NCBI GenBank assembly: GCA_046331705.1 | Contig: JAXLQJ010000013.1 | Location: 124,001-171,845, forward strand | Length of the DNA stretch: 47,845 nt | Reading direction: 5' to 3' | From: a bacterium | GTDB lineage: Bacteria; JADJOY01 | Program-made: the position numbers and the translations under genes | Notes under the pieces: model-generated | Told to the model about the DNA's origin: nothing | What the model saw: the letters and a program-made list of their open reading frames with translations, nothing else | The model's database searches: none | Part shown: positions 27,674 to 36,981 of the stretch, in pieces | How the letters are laid out: every line of letters begins with the position of its first letter | Position numbering within the stretch: position 1 is the first letter of the stretch

Positions 27674-28546
27674 TTGATCTCGGTGGTGCTGATCGCTCGC
27701 AACGAGGAACGCGCCATCGGGTACGCGATCCGGTCCGTTCGCAGCTGGTGCGACGAGGTCGTCGTCGTCGACCAGGAGAGCAGCGACGCGACCGCCGCGA
27801 TCGCGAGCGCGCTGGGCGCGCGGGTGATCTCCCACCCCGTCACCGGCTACGTCGAGCCCGCGCGCGCCTTCGCCGCCGCGCAGGCTCGGGGCGACTGGGT
27901 GCTGATGCTGGACGCCGACGAGCTGGTGCCGCCGCCGCTCGCGCGTGCGCTGACGGGGCTGGCGACGCGCGACGACGTGGACGCCGTGCGCATCTCGCGC
28001 CGCAATCACCTGCTCGGCGTGCGCGTGGCCCACAGCGGCTGGAACGAGGCGCGCGACCGTTGCCTGCGGTTCTTCCGGCGCGGCGCCGTGACCTTCCCGA
28101 GCACCATCCACCGCCATCCGCAGCCGGTGCCGGGCGCCCGCGTCCACGAGCTGGCATCGGAGGGCGACGCGGTGCTGCTCCACTTCCACCACCGCGATCT
28201 GAGCGAGCTGGTCGAGAGCATCGATCGATACACGACCATCGAAGCGCGCGAGCGCGTCGCGCGCCGCGAGCGCGGCAGCGCGCTTGCCGCCGTCTGGTTC
28301 GCGGCGCGCGAATGGGCGGTGCGCTACCTCTGGCACGCGGGCTGGCGCGATGGTTGGCGCGGCTTCTATCTGGCGGGCGTGATGGCCTTCGATCGCTGGC
28401 TCGTGCACGCCAAGGTGGCGGCACTCGCGCACGACGGAGATCGCGACGCGGCGGAGGCCCGCGACCGCGCGGAGGCGGAACGCTGGCTCGCCGGCTACCC
28501 GCCGAGCGACGTCGCTCCACGGATGCCCGGCGAGCGCCCGGGCTGA
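27674..28546 (+). CDS. Glycosyltransferase family 2
   Basis: Tail of ORF 24887..28546. TTG start after GAGGAGGGGAG; ISVVLIARNEE, VVD..S.D.T and LDADE motifs. Confidence 0.9.
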   Translation: MISVVLIARNEERAIGYAIRSVRSWCDEVVVVDQESSDATAAIASALGARVISHPVTGYVEPARAFAAAQARGDWVLMLDADELVPPPLARALTGLATRDDVDAVRISRRNHLLGVRVAHSGWNEARDRCLRFFRRGAVTFPSTIHRHPQPVPGARVHELASEGDAVLLHFHHRDLSELVESIDRYTTIEARERVARRERGSALAAVWFAAREWAVRYLWHAGWRDGWRGFYLAGVMAFDRWLVHAKVAALAHDGDRDAAEARDRAEAERWLAGYPPSDVAPRMPGERPG

Positions 28547-28590
28547 TCGCGCGCCGCCGCTTCGCCACGCGCAACCGACCCACCTCGCAC

Positions 28591-30573
28591 ATGCCGCGAC
28601 GATCGAGCAAGCGCAGCCGAAAAGCCTCGGCGCCGAACGCGCGCGAAGTCGCGAGCGCGGCGCCGCGCGACGCCACGCCGACGCGACGCGAGCACGCCGC
28701 GCTGGTGCTGGTCGTCGCGATGATCCTCGCCAGTCAATGGCTGGTCGACCCCCGCGCCGCCGACGCGTTCGAGGCGCTCAAGCGCATCGTGGTGCGTCTC
28801 GGCGCCGTGGCGGCGATCGTGGCGCTGGGGCCCGAGGCCGTCGGCGCTGCACTGCTCGCGCCGGTCGCGGGGGCGCCGACGACGACCGCGCGACGGCGCG
28901 CGCGAGCCGTCACCGCACTGGTGGGCTTGGTGCTCGCGTGGGGACTCTGCTCCGCGTGCGCGGCGCCGCACCGCGACGTCGCTCTCGACGGCTGGCGCGG
29001 GATGGTCTTCGCGATCACCCTCGCCGCCCTGGGCGCGTCGCGAGCGCTCGACGGGAAGCGCGCGCGCATCGCGCTCGGTGCGTTCTGGGTGGCTGCGGCG
29101 GTGACGGCGCTCGCCAGTCTCCTCGAGACGGCGGGCGGCCTCGCGCTCTTCGACATCCGCGAGCTCGGCGGCCGCGCGCGGGGCGTGGCGCTGGTCGGCA
29201 ACGAAGGTGTCGTGGCGTTGGTGATGGCGCTGGCGGCGAGCAGCGCTGCGGCGGTGCTCGTGATCCAGCGCGAGTCGCGTGGGTGGCTCGGCAAGGGTGC
29301 CGCCGCGGCGCTGCTGGCGGTGACGATCGCGGCGCTCGTCGGCACCGGTAACCTGACCGGCTGGCTCGCGCTCGCCGCGGGCGTGGTGGTGGTCTTCGCC
29401 GCGCGGCTGCGGCGCCGGTTGGCATGGGCGCTGCTCGGGTTGGGGTTGGTTCTCGGACTGGGCGTGGCCACCGTCGCGCCGCTGCGGGCGCGGCTCGCGC
29501 TGACCACGACCACGCTCCGTCGCGCGGATTGGACCGTGGCGCTCACGTATCGCCCGATCGCGTGGCGAGCGGCGCTCGAAGGCGTGCGCGAGCGCCCGCT
29601 CCTCGGGCAGGGCCCGGGCACGTTCGAGAGCAGTTTCGTGCGGCTTCGGCTCGCCGCCGAGCAGCGGCTCGGCCGGCGTCTCGTCAAGCCCGAGCTGAAC
29701 GCGCATTTCGACGCCGCCCACGACGAATACCTCGACGCCGCAGCGGCGCTCGGCGTGCCCGGCGCGCTGGCGCTCGTGGCGGTGTGCGGCTACCTGCTCG
29801 CGCGGCTCGTCGCGCTGCTGCGACCTCCCGCCGCCGACCCGGCGCCGCTTCCGAATCAGCGCGACGATGCGGACACGGCGCTGGTCTGCCTCGCGGTGCT
29901 CGCGAGCGCGGCGGTGGCGTCCTCGACGTGGTTTCCGCTGCAACGGCTTTCGAGCAGCGTGGCGATCCTGCTGGTGGCGGGACGCGCGGCGCGGGTCGCG
30001 TGTGGGGAACGCGCCGCCACAACGCTCGAACCCCACCGACGCTCACGTGCCGTCGGCGTCGCGAGCATCGCGGTGCTGGCGCTGCTCGCACTCCCCTAGC
30101 TGCCGCGTTACCGGGCCGAGCGAGCGATCGCGTCACTCGAGGCGCGCGTCGCCCCATTCGCCACTGCCGTTGCGCGAGCGCCCTCCGCGGCCTTTGTCCA
30201 TGCCGCGGAAGAATCCGCGCGGGGCGCGCTGCGATGGGTTCCGGGCGACACCCGCGGGCTCGCGGCGGCGGGTGCGGCGGCCCTCTTCGCTCGCGACGGG
30301 GCGAGCGCGCTCAGGCTCTACGGGCTCGCGATCGCTCGGACCGAGCGCGCCGAGCTGGTGCTCGACGTCGGGCGGGCGGCGGCCTTGCTCGATCGGCGTC
30401 CCGAGGCCTTGGCCGCGTTCGTGCGTGCCGTGTGGCTCACGCCACGACTCGCCGACGAGCTGCCCGAGGCCGCGAAGCCGCTCGTCGCCGACGAGATCCG
30501 TCGCCGCGAGGCGCTGCTGGCGAGCGGCGCCCCGGACGCGATCCCGCCGGCCACGCCGAGCGCGGTGCCGTGA
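28591..30573 (+). CDS. O-antigen ligase / O-oligosaccharyltransferase-like membrane protein with a C-terminal TPR-like region; interrupted by an in-frame TAG at 30097-30099
   Basis: Many TM helices; GN motif, R..AW......ERPLLGQGPG.F and AHDEYL (Wzy_C-type). The frame continues after the TAG into ORF 30358..30573. Confidence 0.78.
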
Positions 30574-30667
30574 TCGCCAGACCGCGACCGCCGACCACGC
30601 GATCACGCCGTCGCGGCGCTGGCCGCGCGGCTGCCGTCCCGTTCGCCCACGCCATATGCTCCGAGCC

Positions 30668-32089
30668 GTGAGCACGAGCGAGCCCGCGCGCGTGGACGCA
30701 GCCCTCCCCACCAGCGAGGCCCGCGCGCGCGTCGCCGCGCCGCCGGCTCGCCTTCGCACGCTGGTGGAGCGCGCACCGTGGCGCGCGTCCGACGTGGCGC
30801 TGGCGGCGCTTTCGATCTACGTTGCGCACCGCCTGTCGCCCTCGTACCTCGCCGACCCGACGGCGACACCTGCCACCCAGGTCGCGTTGGTGCACGTGGT
30901 CGCGACCACGCTGGCAGGACACGCGGTGGGGCTCTACGAGCGTCCGGTCGTGCGCTCGCGGAGCCTGAGCGGGCAGCGTGCGTTCGCCGCCGGCTCGATC
31001 GCGATGTTGCTCACGCTGGTGTTCTTCTACGCGGTTCGCTACCGGCCGATCGGACGCTGGGTCGCGGCGCTCGGGTGGATCGGGACGACCGGCGGCATCC
31101 TGCTCACACGCGAGGGCGCACGCCGGGTGGCCGGCGGCGGCGAGCGAAGGGTGCTGTTCGTCGAGTCGAGCCCGCTGGTGCGCGCCACCGTGGCCGCGCT
31201 CGAGACGGCTCGACCGGGCGCATTCCACGTGATGACGCTCGACGCCGCCGCCGCGGCATCCCCGGCGCTGGGGGGTCGCGAGGCAGACGAGCTCGTGGCG
31301 CTCTGCGCCGCTCGCGGCATCGACGACGTGGTGGTGCCGAATGCGGACGCGGCGCTCGAGCCTTGGGTCCGGCCGGCGCTCGGCTGCCTGGCGCTCGGCT
31401 GTCGGCTGGTCACCGAGGCGGACTTCTACGAAGAGACGCTGGAGCGCGTGCCTGTCGAGCACGTGCCCGCCGATTGGTTGCTGAGCCGCGGCTGGGACAC
31501 GTCCGATCCCTGGCGCGAGGCGGCCAAGCGTTGCACCGACGTGATCGGCGTCCTGATCGCGGTTCCCGTCGCGCTGCCGCTGGTCGCGCTCGCGGCGCTG
31601 GCGATCGTCGTCGACGATGGCGGCGCCATGCTCTTCCCGCAGACGCGAGTGGGGCGCTTCGGCCGACCGTTCACCATGTGGAAGCTGCGCACCATGAAGC
31701 CCTCCGCCGAGTCCGGCAGCGCACGCTTCACCCTCGATCGCGATCCACGCCTCACGCGCGTGGGACGCTGGCTGCGCAAGCTACGCGTCGACGAGCTGCC
31801 GCAGCTCTGGAACGTGCTGCGCGGCGAGATGTCGTGGGTCGGGCCGCGCCCCGAGCAAGCAGCGATCGTCCACGAGCTGGAGCGCTCGATCCCGTTCTAT
31901 GCGTGGCGTCACCAGGTACGGCCGGGAATCACCGGCTGGGCCCAGCTCAAGCACCCCTACACCGCGTCGCTCGCCGAGGCGCGCCACAAGCTCGAGCTCG
32001 ACCTCTACTACATCCGCCATCGCTCCTGGGCGCTCGATCTGGGGATCTTGCTGCGAACCCTCACCGCGTTCGCCGCCGGGGCGAGATGA
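30668..32089 (+). CDS. Polyprenyl-phosphate glycosylphosphotransferase (initiating sugar transferase, WcaJ/WbaP-like)
   Basis: KR..D, Q.RVG..G.PF.MWKLRTM, DPRLT.VG, DELPQL.NV..G.MS.VGPRPE, PGITGWAQ and DL.Y motifs. GTG at 30668. Confidence 0.92.
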   Translation: MSTSEPARVDAALPTSEARARVAAPPARLRTLVERAPWRASDVALAALSIYVAHRLSPSYLADPTATPATQVALVHVVATTLAGHAVGLYERPVVRSRSLSGQRAFAAGSIAMLLTLVFFYAVRYRPIGRWVAALGWIGTTGGILLTREGARRVAGGGERRVLFVESSPLVRATVAALETARPGAFHVMTLDAAAAASPALGGREADELVALCAARGIDDVVVPNADAALEPWVRPALGCLALGCRLVTEADFYEETLERVPVEHVPADWLLSRGWDTSDPWREAAKRCTDVIGVLIAVPVALPLVALAALAIVVDDGGAMLFPQTRVGRFGRPFTMWKLRTMKPSAESGSARFTLDRDPRLTRVGRWLRKLRVDELPQLWNVLRGEMSWVGPRPEQAAIVHELERSIPFYAWRHQVRPGITGWAQLKHPYTASLAEARHKLELDLYYIRHRSWALDLGILLRTLTAFAAGAR

Positions 32090-33132
32090 GCGCCGGCCGA
32101 CGGGCCGATTCCGGCACGCCGCGCGAGGGAAGCCCGCGCCGCTCGGTCGTCATCCCCACCCACGATACTCGCGAGCTCACGCTCGCCTGCCTGCGCTCCG
32201 TGCTGGGCGGCGACGAGCACGCCGTCGAGGAAATCGTGCTGGTGGACGACGCGAGCCGCGACGGTACGGCGGACGCCGTACGCGAGCAGTTCCCGGCGAT
32301 CACGCTGCTCGTGCTCGACACGAATCGCGGATTCACCCACGCCGTGAACGAAGGCGCGAGCCGCGCCCGCGGCGATCACCTCGTGCTGCTCAACAGCGAC
32401 ACGCGCGTGGCGCCGGATGCGCTGCGGCGGCTCTCGCTCACCCTCGACGAGCACCCCGAGCTGGGCGCGGTGGGTGCGCAGCTCTTCGACCCCTCGGGCG
32501 AGCTCCAGTGGTCCGCCGGGCGGGACCCGTCCGCGCTCTGGCTCTTCGTGATGGCGTCGGGCATCGCACGCCATTACGCGCGCATCCCCGGCTTGCGTCG
32601 GCTGCGACCCGCCGGCGGACGACACCGCGCGGGCCCGGCGCCCACCCTCGTCGATTGGGTTCCGGCGACGGCGATGGCCGTGCGTCGCGAGGCGTGGCTC
32701 GCGTTGGGCGGGTTCGACCCGGCCTACGCGCTCTACGCGCAGGATCTCGATTTCTGCGTGCGGCTGAGACGCGCGGGCTTTCGGGTCGCGCTCGAGCCGC
32801 GCGCGCGCGTCACGCACCACCTGGGCGCCACGATCGGCGCCTCGCCAGACGCGAGCGCGGACCGCGTGCGCCTCGCCGCGTTGTGGCTCGACCTGGTGCG
32901 CTGGGCGGAGCGCTCCGGCGGCCCCACGCGCGCGCGCCGAGCACGCCTCGCGCTCGAGCAGGGCGGCCGGCTCCGACGGCTCCTCGACGCGCTGCTCACG
33001 CCGCGGGCGAAGCGCGCGGACGTCGACACCGCGCGCGACAGGCGCGTCCTGGCCGCGGCGCTGGCGGCGCTCGAGCGCGAGCCGCGCACGGAGCCGATCG
33101 GCGCGCGTGTCAGCGCCGAGCCAACGGAGTGA
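32086..33132 (+). CDS. Glycosyltransferase family 2 (WbbL/RfbF-like)
   Basis: SVVIPT, VDDASRDGT, N.GF..A.N.G, LLNSD and GGFD motifs. ATGA overlap. Confidence 0.88.
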   Translation: MSAGRRADSGTPREGSPRRSVVIPTHDTRELTLACLRSVLGGDEHAVEEIVLVDDASRDGTADAVREQFPAITLLVLDTNRGFTHAVNEGASRARGDHLVLLNSDTRVAPDALRRLSLTLDEHPELGAVGAQLFDPSGELQWSAGRDPSALWLFVMASGIARHYARIPGLRRLRPAGGRHRAGPAPTLVDWVPATAMAVRREAWLALGGFDPAYALYAQDLDFCVRLRRAGFRVALEPRARVTHHLGATIGASPDASADRVRLAALWLDLVRWAERSGGPTRARRARLALEQGGRLRRLLDALLTPRAKRADVDTARDRRVLAAALAALEREPRTEPIGARVSAEPTE

Positions 33133-34297
33133 GCAGCTCCTCCCACCGGCGCGCGACCCTCTCCGGATCGTAGCGGCGGACCAGTCGCTCACGGCCCGCC
33201 GCCACCAGCGAAGCCGCCAACCCCGGCTCCACGACGAGCGCGCGCACGGCTCGCGCGAACGCCACGGGGGAATCGGCCACCAGCGCCTGGCGCCCAGGTT
33301 CCACGTCGAGCCCACTGAGCGCCGCGGAAGTCGCAACCACGGGTATGCCGCGCGCCCACGCTTCCAGGACCTTCATGCGAATCCCCGCGGCGATCCGCAG
33401 CGGCACGATCAACACGCTGTCCGGCGCGAACGCCTCGCCGCTCTCGGCGGGAGCGGCGTGACGGACGACGCGCTCGCCCACCCTGCCGTGCTGCGTCTCT
33501 CGGCCGTCGAAGCCATGCAGCACGGCTGCCGGCGACTCGGCCACGATCGCGGGCCAGACCTCGCGCTCGAACCAACGGTTGCCATCGCGGTTGGGCACCC
33601 AGGACGCGCTCCCGAGCAACACCAGCGCCGGCGAGCCCTCCAGCCGTCGTCCGGTCGCCGGCCACGCCGCGGGAAACGCCGGCGGCACGTGCTCGATCCG
33701 AGCGTCCGGCCCGACGGCGCTCGCCAGCGCGTCGCGATCCGACGCGGTGACGGCCGCGACGAGGTCGGCTTGCCGCACCACCGAGAGCTCGTCGCGGTCC
33801 ACGCGCCGTGCCTCGGCGGCGACGAGCGGCCGCGACCAGGAGGTCGTGGCGGCGAGCGCCTCCCACAGCCGGGCCTCGACGTTCTGCGCCCGCAGCACCA
33901 GCGGCAGCCGCCCGCCGACGGCATCGCGACATGCGGCGAAGAGCTGCGGCTGCTCCGCGATCACCACCTCGCTCGGGTGGGCGTGAAGCGAAGCGGCCAC
34001 GGCCCGCGCGAGCGCGGGACGCGCGTGGCGCACGAACGTGAGCGCGCGCCCGGTCGCCGCTGCGGCGATCCCCGCGCCCACCCAGCCGCGCGGCGGCGCG
34101 TCGACCAGATTCAATCCCACGCCCGCGCTTCGCGCTCCGGCATACGCCGCCGTCACCGTCGAACCGGGAGACAGAACCGCCACCACACGGACATCGTGAC
34201 CACGCGCGGCCAGGGCTCGGACCGTCTCCGCCACCAGCAAGCGGCCGCCGTCGCAGGGCGGCCACGGCGCCTTGCTCGTGACCCAGAGAATCCTCAC
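33110..34297 (-). CDS. Glycosyltransferase family 4
   Basis: MRILWV...P.P...GG, PN.DG.RWF and GIRMKVLEAWA.G.PVVAT motifs. Confidence 0.88.
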   Translation of the reverse strand: MRILWVTSKAPWPPCDGGRLLVAETVRALAARGHDVRVVAVLSPGSTVTAAYAGARSAGVGLNLVDAPPRGWVGAGIAAAATGRALTFVRHARPALARAVAASLHAHPSEVVIAEQPQLFAACRDAVGGRLPLVLRAQNVEARLWEALAATTSWSRPLVAAEARRVDRDELSVVRQADLVAAVTASDRDALASAVGPDARIEHVPPAFPAAWPATGRRLEGSPALVLLGSASWVPNRDGNRWFEREVWPAIVAESPAAVLHGFDGRETQHGRVGERVVRHAAPAESGEAFAPDSVLIVPLRIAAGIRMKVLEAWARGIPVVATSAALSGLDVEPGRQALVADSPVAFARAVRALVVEPGLAASLVAAGRERLVRRYDPERVARRWEELLTPLARR

Positions 34298-35508
34298 GTC
34301 GAACCCCTGGGTGCCGTCGCGGCGTGCGACGCGGCGCGTTCCCAGATCGCCTCCAGCTCCGCCACGGGCTCGTCCCAGCCGTACGACCGCTCGACGAGCG
34401 CGCGCGCGGCGCCGGCGAGGCGCTTGCGCGCGACCGGATCGCTCGCGAGCGCGACGATCGCCTCGGCGAAATCCGCCGCCGACGTCGCGACGCGCAGATG
34501 CGCGTCCGTGACGTCCCGCAGGCCCGCCACGGCAACCGGAGTGGCGACCACGGGCGTTCCCGCGGCGAAGGCCTCGAGCACCTTGAGCGGCTGCCCCGAG
34601 CCCGCCTGAAGTGGTGCGATCGCGATGGTGGCGCGCGCCAGACGTGCCGCGAGGTCCTCGACCGGGCCCACCAGCTCGATTCCCGGCCCACCGCTTGTCA
34701 GGCGGCGCAGCTCGGCGCTCGGCCGTGCGCCGATGAGCTCGAGGCGCAGCGACGGCACCTGCGCGATCACGCGTGGCCAGACCTGGGTCACGAACCAGCG
34801 GATCGCGTCGACGTTCGGGAAATAGCCCAGATTACCGGTGAAGACGACGCGGTTCGGATCCCGTCCTTCGTCCACGTACGGGAAGCGCGCGAGGTCGACG
34901 CCGTTTCGATTCACGCTCAGCCGCGGATGCGCTCCGATGGCGTCGCGATCGCGCACGGTGACGACGGTCGCGTGATCCCAGCGTTCCAGCAGCGCGCGCT
35001 CCAATGCCGCGAGCCGCGCGGCCTCGATGCGCGCCAACCACCGCCAGACGAGCCGGTCGCGATCGGCGCGCCTTCGCATGTTGAGCGAGAGCGCATCGAT
35101 CAGATCGATCACCCGCGGCAGCCGCGAAGGCAACGCGCGCTCCACCGCCGGCGCCAGGCGCGCGAGCTGCACGTGCACCAGGTCGAAGCGCGATTCGGCG
35201 ACGAGCCGTGCGATTCGCGAGTGCAACGACGCCGTGTCGTAGATGCCGCACTGGAGCGGCACCCCGGCCCGCAACGCGCGCGCCGCGCCCATCGCGCGCT
35301 CGACGAGGCGTGCGTCGGTCGTCACCCACCGATCGACCGGTGCCCCGGAGGCTTCGCTCCGCGGCGAACCGCGCGGACTCGACGGCTCCGCGGCGACGAA
35401 CGTCACCGCATGTCGTGCGGCGAGCCGCCGCAGCTGCTCGACCGCGCGAACCTGGTAGCCCACGCGGGCCGGTTCCGGCGAACGCGGCGCGACGAAGAGG
35501 ATACGCAC
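34294..35508 (-). CDS. Glycosyltransferase family 4
   Basis: NGVD, FTGNLGYFPNVDA and G.G..LKVLEA.A.G.PVVAT motifs. Confidence 0.9.
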   Translation of the reverse strand: MRILFVAPRSPEPARVGYQVRAVEQLRRLAARHAVTFVAAEPSSPRGSPRSEASGAPVDRWVTTDARLVERAMGAARALRAGVPLQCGIYDTASLHSRIARLVAESRFDLVHVQLARLAPAVERALPSRLPRVIDLIDALSLNMRRRADRDRLVWRWLARIEAARLAALERALLERWDHATVVTVRDRDAIGAHPRLSVNRNGVDLARFPYVDEGRDPNRVVFTGNLGYFPNVDAIRWFVTQVWPRVIAQVPSLRLELIGARPSAELRRLTSGGPGIELVGPVEDLAARLARATIAIAPLQAGSGQPLKVLEAFAAGTPVVATPVAVAGLRDVTDAHLRVATSAADFAEAIVALASDPVARKRLAGAARALVERSYGWDEPVAELEAIWERAASHAATAPRGST

Positions 35509-35544
35509 GACAGCGGCGAGCTAACACGCACCCGAGGAGCAAAT

Positions 35545-35577
35545 CGAGCCCCCCGGCCACACGGACCGGGGGGCTCG
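35545..35577 (-). terminator. Probable terminator/stabilising hairpin after the paralogous gene pair
   Basis: Perfect 12-bp stem CGAGCCCCCCGG/CCGGGGGGCTCG about 30 nt past the stop at 35606; only a short T-rich tail (ATTTG). Confidence 0.55.
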
Positions 35578-35605
35578 CGAAGGAACCGTTCGATCGATCA
35601 GACGA

Positions 35606-36919
35606 TCAGAAGCCGATGTGCTGGTGCGACGCGTGCGTGGCGCTGTCCATCGGCGCCGAGGGGCTGCCGGCGTGAACCGCCTTGCCGGCGAAGACGGTCG
35701 TCACCCACGCCTGGGCGGCCGCCGGATCCTCGGGGGGCACGGCTCCCGCGGGCGTCACCGTGGTGTTCAGGTTGGTGAAGACCCAGCCGTTCTCGTAGGG
35801 CACCGGGAACGCGGCGCTGCCCACCTTCACCTTGTTGGCCACCGCCGGGAAGGGAATCAGCGACGGCACCGGCGGCGGCGGCGAGACCGGGTACACCACC
35901 GGCACCACCGGGTGCTCCTGCTCGTCGAAGATCACGATCTGTTCTTGACCCAACGGGTACCAGCTCGGGGTCGTGCCGCAAGTGAACGCCGTCGTCGCGA
36001 CCTTGGGATCGCGCCACGCCACCAGGTTCGTTCCCTTGGTGAAGACCGTATCATCGTGGCGGAAGCGCGAGCCGAACAGGGTCGCCAGTGGCTGACGATT
36101 GTCGCTCGCGTCGAAGCCGACGTGCTTGCCGTAGAACGTGTACTGGCCGGCCACCGAGGTCTCGGGGTCCGTGGAGCTGGTCTGGATCGCCACCAGAGAG
36201 TCGCCTTCCGAGTAGCCCTTCGACGCGTTCACGTACGCGTAGTCACCCGTCAGGATATTGCGATTCCCAGCGATACCACCGCCGCCGTTGACGAAGTAGC
36301 CGACGTCCGCGGGGGACAACAACGTGCAGGCGTTGGTGACGTCCACGGTCACGAAACCACGCGCAAGGCCATCCCCGTAGCTCCGGCCCGCGCAGCCACC
36401 CAGGACCGCCGAATACTGCCCGCTCAGCGCCGCCTGCACGTGCGCCAGCTCGCTCGCCGCGAGCGGCACCGGCGGCAGGATGCCATTGCAGCTCGCGAAG
36501 TTGATGTCCTGCGAGATGTCGCCGTGGGGGCTGAGCGTGTCGGTCGGATCTTGCCCAGCAGATGCCGTAACCGGGAGCTTGCCGTTACGGATCACGTCCC
36601 CGAGATCGATCTCTTGAGCGTCATACCCGGTCAAGTAAACGTCGAAGCCGAAGACCGGGACGCCCAGATCGCTCCACACCGTCAGGTGCGCCATCGTCGC
36701 GCTCGCCGACGTGTTCACGATCGTCATGTAGGTGTTCGGACCCGCCGGGGTTCCGGGGTCCGGGTTCTTGAGCGTCACGTCGAAATACGGCAGCAGCAGC
36801 GTCGACGCCGGTTGGTTCGAGATCGTCGCCGCGTCGAATTCCTCGGCGCGCGCCGAGGAGCTCGCCGTCACCATCGCGAGCATCCCCACGGCGAGCAGCG
36901 CCGTCCATTTCGTCGTCAT
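35606..36919 (-). CDS. Secreted beta-rich protein of unknown function, paralog 2
   Basis: Sec signal peptide from ATG 36919 with a purine-rich RBS; colinear with the neighbouring gene. Confidence 0.85.
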   Translation of the reverse strand: MTTKWTALLAVGMLAMVTASSSARAEEFDAATISNQPASTLLLPYFDVTLKNPDPGTPAGPNTYMTIVNTSASATMAHLTVWSDLGVPVFGFDVYLTGYDAQEIDLGDVIRNGKLPVTASAGQDPTDTLSPHGDISQDINFASCNGILPPVPLAASELAHVQAALSGQYSAVLGGCAGRSYGDGLARGFVTVDVTNACTLLSPADVGYFVNGGGGIAGNRNILTGDYAYVNASKGYSEGDSLVAIQTSSTDPETSVAGQYTFYGKHVGFDASDNRQPLATLFGSRFRHDDTVFTKGTNLVAWRDPKVATTAFTCGTTPSWYPLGQEQIVIFDEQEHPVVPVVYPVSPPPPVPSLIPFPAVANKVKVGSAAFPVPYENGWVFTNLNTTVTPAGAVPPEDPAAAQAWVTTVFAGKAVHAGSPSAPMDSATHASHQHIGF

Positions 36920-36981
36920 CTTCCGTCCCTCGCCTTTCGTTTCCGCGGTTGCGCTGGAAGTCGTCGTCATCGCCACACTCC

